NCBI GenBank assembly: GCA_038821645.1
Contig: JAWBDT010000014.1
Coordinates: 1 to 53,995, forward strand
Direction: 5' to 3'
From: Ignisphaera sp.
GTDB taxonomy: Archaea; Thermoproteota; Thermoprotei_A; Sulfolobales; Ignisphaeraceae
Length of the DNA stretch: 53,995 bases
Shown: one piece after another, positions 19,720-30,174 of the stretch
How the letters are laid out: each line of letters opens with the position of its first letter
How positions within the stretch are numbered: position 1 is the stretch's first letter
Program-made: the position numbers and the translations under genes
The notes under the pieces: generated by a model
Databases searched by the model: none
What the model was told of the DNA's origin: nothing
Seen by the model: only the letters and a program-made list of their open reading frames with translations

Positions 19720-20424
19720 TTAAAAACTCCATACCTCATTTGGCTTTAATACTATCGGAATTGTTGATGGTACTCTATCTCTTACTAATTTTGCAAATTC
19801 TTCAGCGTTTGCTCTTATTAATTCAAAGGTGTTGTAGTGCATAGGTATGACGTATCTGGGTTTTATTAGTTCTACAGCTTTAACTGCCTCCTTTATACCC
19901 ATAGTGAAATGACCACCAATAGGGAGCAAAGCTATTGTTGGTTTATAGAGTTCACCTATAAGCGCCATGTCCATAAATAAACCTGTATCTCCAGCATGAT
20001 ATATAACACCTTCATTTGACATAATTACTACCCCACTAGGATGAGATCTTGTTGAGCTATGGGTGGCTTCTGTGAAAACTAAAACTATATCGTCTATCTT
20101 TACAGGACCACCTATGTTAGTAGCTATAGCTCTATCAATAGCTCTTGCCTCTCTTGCTATATATTCAGCTAATTCATACAATGCTACAATCCTAGATTCT
20201 CTATACCTACTAAGTAGCTCAATAGCTTCACCTATATGGTCTCCATGATCATGTGTAACGATAATTAGATCTACCTTGTTATAGTCCTTTAAGAAACCTT
20301 CAATACTTCTGTAGTGAGATAACGGATTTGTTATCCAAGGATCTATCAGTATTGTTAATCCTGATAACTCTATAACAAAAGATGCATGACCTAACCATCT
20401 AAGTCTACCCATATAGTGTCCCAA
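19720..20424 (-). CDS. Metallo-beta-lactamase-fold hydrolase (UPF0173)
   Basis: WLGHASF, IDPW, THDHGDH, HAGDT, LPIGGHFTM, IPMHYNTF. Confidence 0.9.
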   Translation of the reverse strand: MGHYMGRLRWLGHASFVIELSGLTILIDPWITNPLSHYRSIEGFLKDYNKVDLIIVTHDHGDHIGEAIELLSRYRESRIVALYELAEYIAREARAIDRAIATNIGGPVKIDDIVLVFTEATHSSTRSHPSGVVIMSNEGVIYHAGDTGLFMDMALIGELYKPTIALLPIGGHFTMGIKEAVKAVELIKPRYVIPMHYNTFELIRANAEEFAKLVRDRVPSTIPIVLKPNEVWSF

Positions 20425-20469
20425 AGAGACCTATATAGATCTAGTTTTAATCTGTTTCTGTGATAGCTG

Positions 20470-21393
20470 GTGAAAGGTTTGGAAAATATTGAGCTAGAAC
20501 TATATATACGTGCAGGAAAAATAGCTTGTATTGTTAGAAAAGATGCTGAAAAGTATGTGAGACCCGGCTTAAAGCTTATTGATGTAGCTAATTTTATTGA
20601 GCAGAAGATAGTGGAACTAGGAGGACAACCAGCATTTCCTGTAAACATTTCAATAGACAGTATAGCTGCTCATTATACACCAGTACCTAATGATAATACT
20701 ACAATCAGCTATGGATCTATCATAAAAATAGACATAGGAGTCCATATAGATGGCTATATAGCTGATACAGCTACAACAATATCTTTATCGGATATGCATA
20801 GACCTCTCGTTGAAGCTACTCAACAAGCTCTCGAAAAAGCTTTAGCTGCAATATCCATTGGAAAAAGGTTTAGTGATATTGGTGCCATTATAGAGAAAAC
20901 CATAAAAAGTTATGGATTTAAGCCTATATACAACCTTAGTGGCCATAGAATTGATAGATACGTAATTCACGCAGGTGAAACAATCCCTAACTTCAATGAT
21001 AGATTAAACCTAGGAAAATTTCGTCCAGGGAATACATATGCTATAGAGCCATTTGCTACAAATGGTGCTGGTTTTGTTGAAGACAAAAAAAGCGTAACCA
21101 TATATGCTTTAGTATACAATCCCAAAAAAATAAGTAAGCTTAGCAATGAATCACACAAATTCTATTCATACATATATTCACTTAGAAGAACACTTCCTTT
21201 CGCAATAAGATGGTATACAAATATTTTCTCAGAAACCTTAATCGAGAAAATACTTCAAGAACTTACCTTTAAAGGACTTTTGACTAAATATCCTGTTCTA
21301 GTTGAAAAGAATCATGGAATAGTAACTCAATTCGAACACACATTAGTTATCGATAAACAAGGCAACATAATAGTCACAACAGATCATTGCTGA
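20470..21393 (+). CDS. map: Methionine aminopeptidase type II
   Basis: AFPVNIS, AAHYTP, KIDIGVHIDGYIADTA, NLSGH, AIEPF, QFEHT. Confidence 0.96.
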   Translation: MKGLENIELELYIRAGKIACIVRKDAEKYVRPGLKLIDVANFIEQKIVELGGQPAFPVNISIDSIAAHYTPVPNDNTTISYGSIIKIDIGVHIDGYIADTATTISLSDMHRPLVEATQQALEKALAAISIGKRFSDIGAIIEKTIKSYGFKPIYNLSGHRIDRYVIHAGETIPNFNDRLNLGKFRPGNTYAIEPFATNGAGFVEDKKSVTIYALVYNPKKISKLSNESHKFYSYIYSLRRTLPFAIRWYTNIFSETLIEKILQELTFKGLLTKYPVLVEKNHGIVTQFEHTLVIDKQGNIIVTTDHC

Positions 21394-21486
21394 TTCTCTA
21401 TGACGCTTTATATATCATAAATGAATTAAATTTTGATAACAAACTATAGATATTTAATAACTCAGAGATAACAGAACTAGGATGTA

Positions 21487-22617
21487 TTGGGGCTATACAA
21501 TATGGATACAGTTGTGCTACAACAGTTAGGAAATGATAACTGGGGTATGATACTTTCAGTACTATTTTATATAATGTTCTTTCTATATTTGTTCACAGAT
21601 TTGCCACAGAAGGCACAATTCGTTAGATATGAACGAGGTGTAGCATCTAGATTATCACTAATAGAGGGACTTATTGTTGAGAGTATTAATAAAGTTAAAT
21701 CATATCTCTCTAAACTAGGTATAAAGGATAACGGTAAGTTTGTTGATGCTACTCTAGAGAATTATTTTGTTATAGAGCCTGTCTCCATAGAGCCTACTGA
21801 TATCATAAAGAGACTAGATCATGTCATTACAGTAAACGAGCAGAAGTTTAAAAATGATCTAGAAAAACTTGCTCCAGAACTCAGTATACATACACGAAAC
21901 AATATTGCTGTATCATTATCTATAGCATCAGCTCTATATACAGTATATAAAATATTGAGACACTACTATTTACTAGGTAGAAAGTACGAAAACTGGGTTC
22001 TATTAATGCAACTATATTTAATGTTACCCCAATTACTTAGAGAACTTATACCTTATGCTAAGGCTATTGATGGTATAGTCAAAGGCATCCCCATAGGTGA
22101 TAGTGTAGGTCCTTTAGTTGCATACAAACTAATTGGAAACGCATCTAGAATAGATATAGAGGAGGATACCGTATATAGCGTCGTTAATATCGAGAACAGA
22201 AATGTATATGTAATTAAAGCAAAAGGGCCTGGCGCTACAGTAGGACGACCAGGAAAAGCTGTTGCCAAAATAGCTGAAATGCTTTCTTATAAAGTAGCAC
22301 GAATTATAACAATAGATGCAGCCCTTAAACTTGAAGGTGAAAAAACAGGTTTAGTAGCCGAAGGTGTTGGAGCAGCCATAGGAGATCCTGGACCTGAAAA
22401 AATAGAAATAGAGAGAATAGCAGTAAAATGTAATGCGCCACTTGATGCTGTTATAGTAAAGATGAGTAATGATGAAGCTATTAAGCCCATAAAGCGAGAA
22501 ATTATTGATGGAGTTGAAAAAGCTTACGAAACAGTTTTAGATATTATCAGGAATCGAACGAAACCCGGAGACAATGTTATAGTCGTGGGAATAGGAAACA
22601 CTATTGGTGTATATTGA
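21487..22617 (+). CDS. DUF1512 family membrane protein
   Basis: N-terminal TM; IEPTDII, PIGDSVGPLVA, TIDAALKLEGE, GVGAAIGDPGPEK, VVGIGNT. Confidence 0.8.
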   Translation: MGLYNMDTVVLQQLGNDNWGMILSVLFYIMFFLYLFTDLPQKAQFVRYERGVASRLSLIEGLIVESINKVKSYLSKLGIKDNGKFVDATLENYFVIEPVSIEPTDIIKRLDHVITVNEQKFKNDLEKLAPELSIHTRNNIAVSLSIASALYTVYKILRHYYLLGRKYENWVLLMQLYLMLPQLLRELIPYAKAIDGIVKGIPIGDSVGPLVAYKLIGNASRIDIEEDTVYSVVNIENRNVYVIKAKGPGATVGRPGKAVAKIAEMLSYKVARIITIDAALKLEGEKTGLVAEGVGAAIGDPGPEKIEIERIAVKCNAPLDAVIVKMSNDEAIKPIKREIIDGVEKAYETVLDIIRNRTKPGDNVIVVGIGNTIGVY

Positions 22618-22929
22618 ATGACGATGATATATTTACAAATAGATATATCGTTAACCCTTATACTCATAATAGCTATCTTAGGCATGATTATTTATATGAT
22701 TTATGCTGGTTTCAGCTATATGAAGAAAAGACAACACATATATCAAGAAGAAATTCCATATAAATTTACAACAGTAATTAAGTGCCTAAACAAAGACTAC
22801 AGTACTGAAAGAGAATTTCGAGAAGGAGATTTCATTGGAAAAATTGAGGGTTTATGTCCTAAATGTGGAAATAACATGGTAATAGACTACATATACGCAC
22901 TATATACACAGAAAAAACAACAATCATAA
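22618..22929 (+). CDS. Small membrane-anchored protein with Zn-ribbon-like C-terminus
   Basis: TM helix; KC...REFREGDFI...CPKCG; abuts the DUF1512 stop codon. Confidence 0.7.
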   Translation: MTMIYLQIDISLTLILIIAILGMIIYMIYAGFSYMKKRQHIYQEEIPYKFTTVIKCLNKDYSTEREFREGDFIGKIEGLCPKCGNNMVIDYIYALYTQKKQQS

Positions 22930-22981
22930 CATCATATACTTATTAAAGCTTATAAGTCAGAACATACAGAGACGACTATAG

Positions 22982-23105
22982 CCCGGCCCGGCCATAGCGG
23001 CTGGGTAACACCCGGACTCGTTCGATCCCGGAAGTTAAGCCAGCCGCGTTAGGTGTGGCTGTGGCTTCCGAAAGGGGCCGCAGCCCACCTAAGCCGGGAC
23101 CGGGT
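22982..23105 (+). rRNA. rrf: 5S rRNA (unlinked from 16S/23S)
   Basis: GC-rich island GGCCATAGCGG...AACACCCGGACTCG...CCCGGAAGTTAAGCC...AAGCCGGG with complementary ends; exact ends uncertain by a few nt. Confidence 0.95.
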
Positions 23106-23336
23106 TACTAATTAACATAACACTTATATCAAATCATATTAGTACAATTATGATTATGAAAATTTCTATACGATATAATTTACTGAAATTGATTCTGAAG
23201 ATACTATCATTGTCGATATTTCTCTGGGTTAAGCCATGATATGTTTTAGCATATTCGTTATGTCCATATAGTTACACTTATATAGCTTCTGAAACATCTA
23301 CTACAGCCAGATTGTAGTAACAATACAGAGGTATAG

Positions 23337-23918
23337 TTGATGAGCAACAGTAGTTTAATGCTCAAAATTATTAATGAAACGTCACAGAATGGTATATACA
23401 TTTATGATTCCAAGAATAATGTATGGGTATTTCTAAGATCTGATGGAGATTTCTATAAACCTGATAAAAAAGGTATATATGTACTGTACTTCGATAATGC
23501 TAAGTGTTCTGCTTGTAGAAAATATGATAATATATGGTTTCCATTTGTTCAAAATAATGCTAACACGAAAAACAATTTGTATTTTGTTGTAATATTATGT
23601 AACTGGTTCGCTAGAGATTGTACGTCTAAAGCTGCATCAGAAAGCTTTAAACACTATGATGTACATGCATCACCAACAACAATCGTACTCTATGTCGATG
23701 AAAATGGTGAAATAAAATATCAAGAGAAGTACGAGGGAGTTCTATATGAATTCGAACTTAAGTTGATACTAGAGAATTTTGAAGAAAGAGCTATGAAAGC
23801 TATAAAGGGAGAGAAAGTGTCTCCACCTATAGAAAAGAAAAGCAGTAGCAATGTGATAGAAGACATTGTCCTCCAGATCCTAAAATCTATATTTGAGAAA
23901 GGAGGTAAAGATCAGTAA
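23337..23918 (+). CDS. Thioredoxin-fold protein
   Basis: YFDNAKCSACRKYD (CxxC), second Cys pair CNWFARDC, cis-Pro motif ASPT. Confidence 0.75.
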   Translation: MMSNSSLMLKIINETSQNGIYIYDSKNNVWVFLRSDGDFYKPDKKGIYVLYFDNAKCSACRKYDNIWFPFVQNNANTKNNLYFVVILCNWFARDCTSKAASESFKHYDVHASPTTIVLYVDENGEIKYQEKYEGVLYEFELKLILENFEERAMKAIKGEKVSPPIEKKSSSNVIEDIVLQILKSIFEKGGKDQ

Positions 23919-23982
23919 ACGAATTAAAAACCACACTAAAATAAGCACCATAGAGTTCGTTGAATTATGTGTAATCTGATCA

Positions 23983-24435
23983 TTAGTCTAATTTGAATAA
24001 CATATCTACATCCTTTATAGTTCTGAGAATTATTGCTGGACAAACCCTCTTAACTCCTTCGATACTCGAAATTTCTTTGTGAATATATGAGATCTCGTTT
24101 TCATCTTGAGCCCATATAACAGCTATTAACGCATGATCTCCTGTTGCAAGCCATAAACCTCTGACATAGTCTTTCACCTTTAGGTAATCTACTATAGAAA
24201 ACAGCTTATCTGGATCTACATCAATACCTGTAATAGATACAACTTTATATGCAAGTGTTCGAGGATCAACTTCTATTGTATATCTTTTTATGACTTTATT
24301 CTCTAGTTTCTTAATCCTCTTTATTACAGCTACATCACTAAGATTGACATGCTTAGCCAACTCGGTGAAAGGTGTTCTAGCATTTCGAGACAACATATTT
24401 ATTATAGATAGATCTTTTTCATCTATATCTTGCAT
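23983..24435 (-). CDS. Lrp/AsnC family transcriptional regulator
   Basis: NARTPFTELAK...RIKKLE HTH; TGDH and VCPAII RAM domain. Confidence 0.92.
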   Translation of the reverse strand: MQDIDEKDLSIINMLSRNARTPFTELAKHVNLSDVAVIKRIKKLENKVIKRYTIEVDPRTLAYKVVSITGIDVDPDKLFSIVDYLKVKDYVRGLWLATGDHALIAVIWAQDENEISYIHKEISSIEGVKRVCPAIILRTIKDVDMLFKLD

Positions 24436-24720
24436 ATCTTGATACCTAATTTATCTATAACTAATCTAAATCTGGTGAGTTAACTAGTTAATACGCTATA
24501 TTTAGGTTCTGATTTAATGAATTTTGCTATATTAAGTATTCGAGTACAAAACTTACTGGAGAATTTATAAAATTTATCATATATCATGTATGGAGTTTAA
24601 TAATATACCACATCTAATCATAATATCTGAAGCACGATATATCAAATACATAAGATGTCCATATCTCGAACATAGTATAGTTAAGCCTTTATTATACTAG
24701 AGGTTTCTAGAAATCTAGAA

Positions 24721-25992
24721 GTGATGTTGATGGGTATAAATGTTGACAATATTGTAGCTGTTATCTCAAATACCATATATTTGATAGATAAACGGAATCT
24801 AAATATAGATAGAGCTTTCACATATACATGCAGAAAATATAGATGCCATTCGCCTCAGCTCACACGCGAAGACTTGTTCAATATCGTTCACGATTTTGTT
24901 TCTCGATACATATTTCTCAAAAGTGTAGCTGAAAAGAGTGGTAAAAGAAATGTAAGTTTCAGAGCTCTTGCTAAGCTTTATCTCTACATAAAATTAAAGG
25001 AGCTTGGCTTAACTATACCATCAAAATTAAGCAAAGTCGTGACTAGAGATTTTGGTGAATTAGAGGATAATATAACTAGTCTAGAGCCTTGGCAACGTCT
25101 TTCGTACCCTAAGTGGATTTATGATAGACTTTTGGAAATCATGGATAAAAATGATGTAGAAGAAATGCTGGAGCACATGAATAGGAGAATAATATGGTTA
25201 AGGATAAATACACTTAAAATCGATATAGATAAAGCTCTACATCTTATAGATAGCGATGGAATAGAATTCAATGTAGACAAATCCATACCATTTATAGTAC
25301 GAGTATTACGTTCACCAATACCTGTGAGAAGTTTAAAGATCGTTAAAGAAGGTGCCGCTATTATTCAAGATAAAGCTAGTGTGCTGACAGTTATAGCTAT
25401 GGATCCTAAGCCTGACGACTTAATATATGATTTTGCTGCTGCGCCTGGAATAAAAACCTCCTTAATAATGCAACTGACTGAAAATAAAGCTAGAGTTGTT
25501 GCATTAGATAGATCTCCAAGAAGATTGAGGTCTATGAAGGTGTTACTTAAAAAATACGGTGTTAATGTAGATAGAGTTGACTTAGCCTTAACTGATAGTA
25601 GGATCGTGACTCTCTCTAGACGTGCCGATTTAGCATTAGTTGATGCACCATGTAGTAGTAGTGGGGCTATACCAAAAGATCCTTCTATAAAGATTATGCT
25701 TATGAATCAAGACATACCTAAGAAAATGCAGTATATTCAGTTTGCTATACTCAAAAATGCCATAAAACATAGCGAAAGAATAGTATATGCTACATGCTCA
25801 ATACTTCCAGAAGAAGGAGAAGAAATAATTCAAAAAATCCTCCATTCACATGATATAGAGCTAGAGAATATAACTATACCAGCATCAAGAGGATACAAAG
25901 TCTATAGCATATGGAATAAAGTTTATAGAACATACCCACATATTGACGAATGTGAAGGCTTTTTTATATCACGCATAAAATCCATAGAATAG
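24721..25992 (+). CDS. RsmB/NOP2 family RNA m5C methyltransferase
   Basis: LRINTLK, IQDKAS, DFAAAPGIKT, DAPCSSSG, YATCS, PH...EGFF. Confidence 0.92.
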   Translation: MMLMGINVDNIVAVISNTIYLIDKRNLNIDRAFTYTCRKYRCHSPQLTREDLFNIVHDFVSRYIFLKSVAEKSGKRNVSFRALAKLYLYIKLKELGLTIPSKLSKVVTRDFGELEDNITSLEPWQRLSYPKWIYDRLLEIMDKNDVEEMLEHMNRRIIWLRINTLKIDIDKALHLIDSDGIEFNVDKSIPFIVRVLRSPIPVRSLKIVKEGAAIIQDKASVLTVIAMDPKPDDLIYDFAAAPGIKTSLIMQLTENKARVVALDRSPRRLRSMKVLLKKYGVNVDRVDLALTDSRIVTLSRRADLALVDAPCSSSGAIPKDPSIKIMLMNQDIPKKMQYIQFAILKNAIKHSERIVYATCSILPEEGEEIIQKILHSHDIELENITIPASRGYKVYSIWNKVYRTYPHIDECEGFFISRIKSIE

Positions 25993-26013
25993 ATAAATAA
26001 ATATAGTGAAAGC

Positions 26014-26730
26014 TTACCCAGAAATAGATAAACAGTTCGAACCTTTCTTCCCAAGCCAGTATCTATGTATTTCAATGATATGTTCGAATTCTGATAAAGA
26101 ATTTCTTGAACCTTCAATACATATATCGTTAACATAATGAGGAGCTGTAACAACTAGTGTTTCAGCTTCACCTCCTTCAAATGATGGATTAAATCCATAT
26201 TTCTGAGCCAATACTATAATTTTTTCAACTATAGATTTATCTACAGGTACACCTAAGAAAGCTCTAGGTAACCCCATAGTCGATATCTTAGATATAATGA
26301 ATACAAAGCCCTCTTCTACCAACTTTCTCATATACTCTACTTGATCTATACCCCATAGAGGTGCATAAAGCTCTAACCCAAGAGCTTCTGAAACTTTCTT
26401 AAACCTAGACAATTGGTATTGACTTGCAATAGCTCCACAAAGAAGTCCGTCAAAATTTACAGTACTTTTCAGCTTACTTAAAGCTTCTTTAAACTCTATG
26501 AATTCTTTATCTTTTTCTCCACTAACTTCAACTATATACACCCTATCTCTTAACCCCATAGCTTCTGCCTGAAGAACAGCTAGCTCAGGATATACTGTAT
26601 GAAACAACCAGCTATCATTTCTAGCAGACTTCACTACAATAATACATTCTATATCTAGACCCTCTTGTAGAGCTCTATAAAGTGCATAGTTGCTGTCCTT
26701 ACCACCCGACAATAATGCACATATCCTCAT
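26014..26730 (-). CDS. dph6: Diphthine--ammonia ligase (PP-loop ATPase)
   Basis: SGGKDS, GAIASQYQ, APLWG, EGGEAET. Confidence 0.88.
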   Translation of the reverse strand: MRICALLSGGKDSNYALYRALQEGLDIECIIVVKSARNDSWLFHTVYPELAVLQAEAMGLRDRVYIVEVSGEKDKEFIEFKEALSKLKSTVNFDGLLCGAIASQYQLSRFKKVSEALGLELYAPLWGIDQVEYMRKLVEEGFVFIISKISTMGLPRAFLGVPVDKSIVEKIIVLAQKYGFNPSFEGGEAETLVVTAPHYVNDICIEGSRNSLSEFEHIIEIHRYWLGKKGSNCLSISG

Positions 26731-26753
26731 CTATTATACCAAATCAGGCTATA

Positions 26754-27752
26754 TTATTTACTAGATGATAAATTCTTGAATTTTTTAACACCCTCTACAA
26801 CTACTCGAAGCTTATTGAGAGCTATACTATATTCTTTCTCTTGATCGCCTAACATACCTTTAAATCCCCCAAAACCGCAATCACCTGAAACAAGATCAAT
26901 CCTATCTCCAACTCTAGTGTATATAGTTCTCATGATGTTAAAAACATCATCAACACTCTCTACATAAGGCTTCTGTGCACTTACAACACCAGGAGCAATA
27001 AATTTATCGTACTTCTCTAAGCTTTCTTTTGATACTAAATCAATATTCGATGGTGAATCATGGAGCTCTATATTTATGTATCTAATTCTCTGAGCTTGTA
27101 GAATTATGTCTATGATCTTTGTATTTATCTTGCCACATATATGTACCCCAAACTCAATGCCACTATGTACTTTAGCAACACTATCAATTACATCAATTAT
27201 TTCTTCATCTCTATAGTCAAACAATATCTTCTTTCTACCTATGATATAATTAAACACAGGTTCATCAATAAATACTACGTTGAATCCTAATTCAATCATA
27301 TACTTAACAATATTCTTAACAAATTCTTTAAATATCCCTAAAGTTAGCTCTTTATTAGATAAACATGTTGATGCAAGACTTTTACTATCACTATCAGTAA
27401 CATATATTCTAGAGGCTAGAGTGAAAACACCTGTAATAGGAGCTCTAATCCATTTAAACAGGAGGTTGTATTTCTTAATAGTATTTATTGTGTCCTCTGC
27501 TTCGTAGACAACTACATTTGTTTTAGGTATATTATCAACGCTATCTTTGATGAGATAGTAATACCCATTTCTATTATATAGATGTCCAGCAGTTTCTAAA
27601 GGTTTTAAGTATATATCTATGAAACTACGTAGTTGTGGATAAGGAGGAACATCTATACCTATGTTATATAGATCCAGTAGCACTCTTTCAATATTTTCAT
27701 GAGTATAATTTAAGGGGAAACTCCCCACATGTGAGGTTCTAATATCTATCAC
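26754..27752 (-). CDS. Core cobalamin-independent methionine synthase (catalytic domain only)
   Basis: HVGSFP, IDEP, VHICG, NIE, PGVV, DCG Zn ligands; single barrel of 332 aa. Confidence 0.75.
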   Translation of the reverse strand: MIDIRTSHVGSFPLNYTHENIERVLLDLYNIGIDVPPYPQLRSFIDIYLKPLETAGHLYNRNGYYYLIKDSVDNIPKTNVVVYEAEDTINTIKKYNLLFKWIRAPITGVFTLASRIYVTDSDSKSLASTCLSNKELTLGIFKEFVKNIVKYMIELGFNVVFIDEPVFNYIIGRKKILFDYRDEEIIDVIDSVAKVHSGIEFGVHICGKINTKIIDIILQAQRIRYINIELHDSPSNIDLVSKESLEKYDKFIAPGVVSAQKPYVESVDDVFNIMRTIYTRVGDRIDLVSGDCGFGGFKGMLGDQEKEYSIALNKLRVVVEGVKKFKNLSSSK

Positions 27753-27869
27753 CTCACTTTTTATTGAGTTTTGTAGACATTAACTAGAGAACTACAACAA
27801 ACTTAAAACTTATTACATCAATACTAATGATTTTTGAAACAATTAAATATAAACTATGACCACAAGATA

Positions 27870-28220
27870 TTAGACTATATTTAGATTCTCTAACAACTTC
27901 TTAAACTCTTTAGGATCATTAAGCAACATTTCTACTACTTTCTCCTCTAGATCGAGTTTCTTGATCTTAACCAGAAGAGGACGTATGAATAGATATTGAA
28001 GTGTGAATTTAGCTGTATAACTATCTCTATAATAGTTCATCAACAATTCAACAAGTTTTTCAGGAGAAGTGAAGAATAGATCTAGAATCTTAACACCATA
28101 ACGCTTCATAGAGAAACTATTAAGAATCTCGAAAAGGCCTGGTGTTTTTGAGGCTATATGTCTTCTGATGAAAGTTTTCAGCTCCTCAGCCGAAGTACTC
28201 ATAATCATCACGAAAACCAC
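27870..28220 (-). CDS. Hypothetical protein
   Basis: 116-aa helical ORF with typical codon usage; no motif recognised. Confidence 0.6.
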   Translation of the reverse strand: MVFVMIMSTSAEELKTFIRRHIASKTPGLFEILNSFSMKRYGVKILDLFFTSPEKLVELLMNYYRDSYTAKFTLQYLFIRPLLVKIKKLDLEEKVVEMLLNDPKEFKKLLENLNIV

Positions 28221-28315
28221 TCTAATGAATTAAGGACGTAGGTGATATTTAAGCTTTTCATATTATCTATTTCATAATATGTGTAACACTCGTTTAATTT
28301 ACTGATTAGTTCAAA

Positions 28316-29719
28316 TTAAGATTGCAATATATCTGACTTAGCGCTAGGTTGTGCTACAATCGAAATTCTTGATGCATGTTTTGTCTTGAGTATCGTATAA
28401 ATACATTCTAGTAGTATTAGTATAAGTATGATGTTCCTTATCATAGCCACAATCTGTACAGGTGAATCTGGAGTATGAGGAGCATATTCCAATCTCATAT
28501 TTATACCAAGGTATTTTGATAACCATTGTCGTGCCTCTAGATCTTTAAAGAATAGATACATTATACCGAAATTTGCTACATCAGCTATTACTAAGAATAC
28601 TAGCTGTCTCAATGGGAGAATAAGAACAGCTATAGAAGATACTAGAAGCATCATCTGAGGCGAGAATACATAGTTCAATGCTGTAGAAATTATTACTGAG
28701 ATAAGAGCTATAGTTAATACTTCTTTAGGATTCTTAAAGTCTATATCAATTGATGCTGTAATTAATAAGAAGACTGTGACTAAAACCATTGCATATACTC
28801 TGTTGTATGGACTCCACACATTTTGTGTAATAATTGAGTATATACAGTTTTCACAATACCAACGATAATGATGATCTATGAAATATGTAAACCCATTGTA
28901 TGATACAAACATAACTGCTAGATAGGGTAACGCCCCTGCTATAATCAATCCAATAGATATATTGACCAGATTTTGTTTAGAGAAGTTATTTGATCTATAT
29001 TTTTGAAGGATATCGTAAACCAATATTAATGCAAATAATAGGGGAAGAAGTTTTGTTGATATACTTAATCCTAATAGCAAACCCGAGAACAGATATTTCT
29101 CGTTAACTAGGTAATACAAAGCCATAACCATGAACGCTACTGCTATGATATCCCAGTTGTATATTGTGTACAGTATTGTTGATGGAAGTATAACAAATAG
29201 TATTATTCGTTTCAATGATGAGTTACATATAGAAGCTACTCTGTACATATATAGCATGGTAATAATGAAAAATGTTGCTATTATTATTGATTGTAGAATA
29301 TAATGTTTTTCAGCTATAGCTTCAGATAATCTATAGTATTCTGAACCTGTATATCTTTCAGGTAACGTTATATGTATAGAGGTACATGTTGTAATAAACC
29401 ATATTAAGCCTATAATAGGTGGATATTCAAATTTGTAGTCTTTATAAGGAATAGGACACAGTCTCTCTGATGCTATTAGTTTCATTGCTACCTCATTGTT
29501 AAACCATTTATTGTTTATTTTTTCTCCATTAGGTGTACCATCTGGGTTAACTATATCTCGAAATATTGGGTTGAAGAGTCCATACACAATGTCTGTATAC
29601 ATAAGCCCGACGTTATCAAGTGGAGGGGGATTATTTGGTATATGGAGATAATATGAAAGTGCTAAAACAATTATGGATATTGCAAATACTGTTACTATTC
29701 TCAAATGCTGTAAATACAT
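28316..29719 (-). CDS. Polytopic GT-C-fold glycosyltransferase (GT87/DUF2029-like)
   Basis: YTD, FEYPP, NWD, STKLLP, SPQ motifs; many TM segments. Confidence 0.7.
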   Translation of the reverse strand: MYLQHLRIVTVFAISIIVLALSYYLHIPNNPPPLDNVGLMYTDIVYGLFNPIFRDIVNPDGTPNGEKINNKWFNNEVAMKLIASERLCPIPYKDYKFEYPPIIGLIWFITTCTSIHITLPERYTGSEYYRLSEAIAEKHYILQSIIIATFFIITMLYMYRVASICNSSLKRIILFVILPSTILYTIYNWDIIAVAFMVMALYYLVNEKYLFSGLLLGLSISTKLLPLLFALILVYDILQKYRSNNFSKQNLVNISIGLIIAGALPYLAVMFVSYNGFTYFIDHHYRWYCENCIYSIITQNVWSPYNRVYAMVLVTVFLLITASIDIDFKNPKEVLTIALISVIISTALNYVFSPQMMLLVSSIAVLILPLRQLVFLVIADVANFGIMYLFFKDLEARQWLSKYLGINMRLEYAPHTPDSPVQIVAMIRNIILILILLECIYTILKTKHASRISIVAQPSAKSDILQS

Positions 29720-29761
29720 TATTCACACCCTATCTACATAGGCTCAGCATTCGGAACTATA

Positions 29762-29983
29762 TTAACTCTTTGATGACTTAACATATTTCTCTAACTCTAA
29801 TTGCTTTATTAACTGTTTTGCTTTTTCAACAGCATCTTCTACACTATTTGCAAGAACATTCACGTATATCTTAGTACCTTTAATCCTGAACCTAAACCTC
29901 TTACCAATAAATCCTTCATATCTGTAAACATCTACAAGTTCTAGTTCTAATGACATAATTTCACTGACTAGCTTCATTAGCAA
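29762..29983 (-). CDS. Small hypothetical protein
   Basis: RFRFRIKGTKIYVNV...A.EKA alpha/beta pattern; start probably at internal MSLELE. Confidence 0.65.
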   Translation of the reverse strand: MLMKLVSEIMSLELELVDVYRYEGFIGKRFRFRIKGTKIYVNVLANSVEDAVEKAKQLIKQLELEKYVKSSKS

Positions 29984-30174
29984 TTTTATCTAATACTTCT
30001 CTTATATAACTTTATCTAGACTTTGGATATTAGTAATACTGTATTTAATCATTGGATAACTGTATAGCTCAAAATTTTCTGTGAGCGTTATAAGCATTGG
30101 ATTAAATATTGCTAAGTAACAAAAACTTTAATTATTTGTTTAACATATTTCTACATATACTGGGTAGAGTCTAT

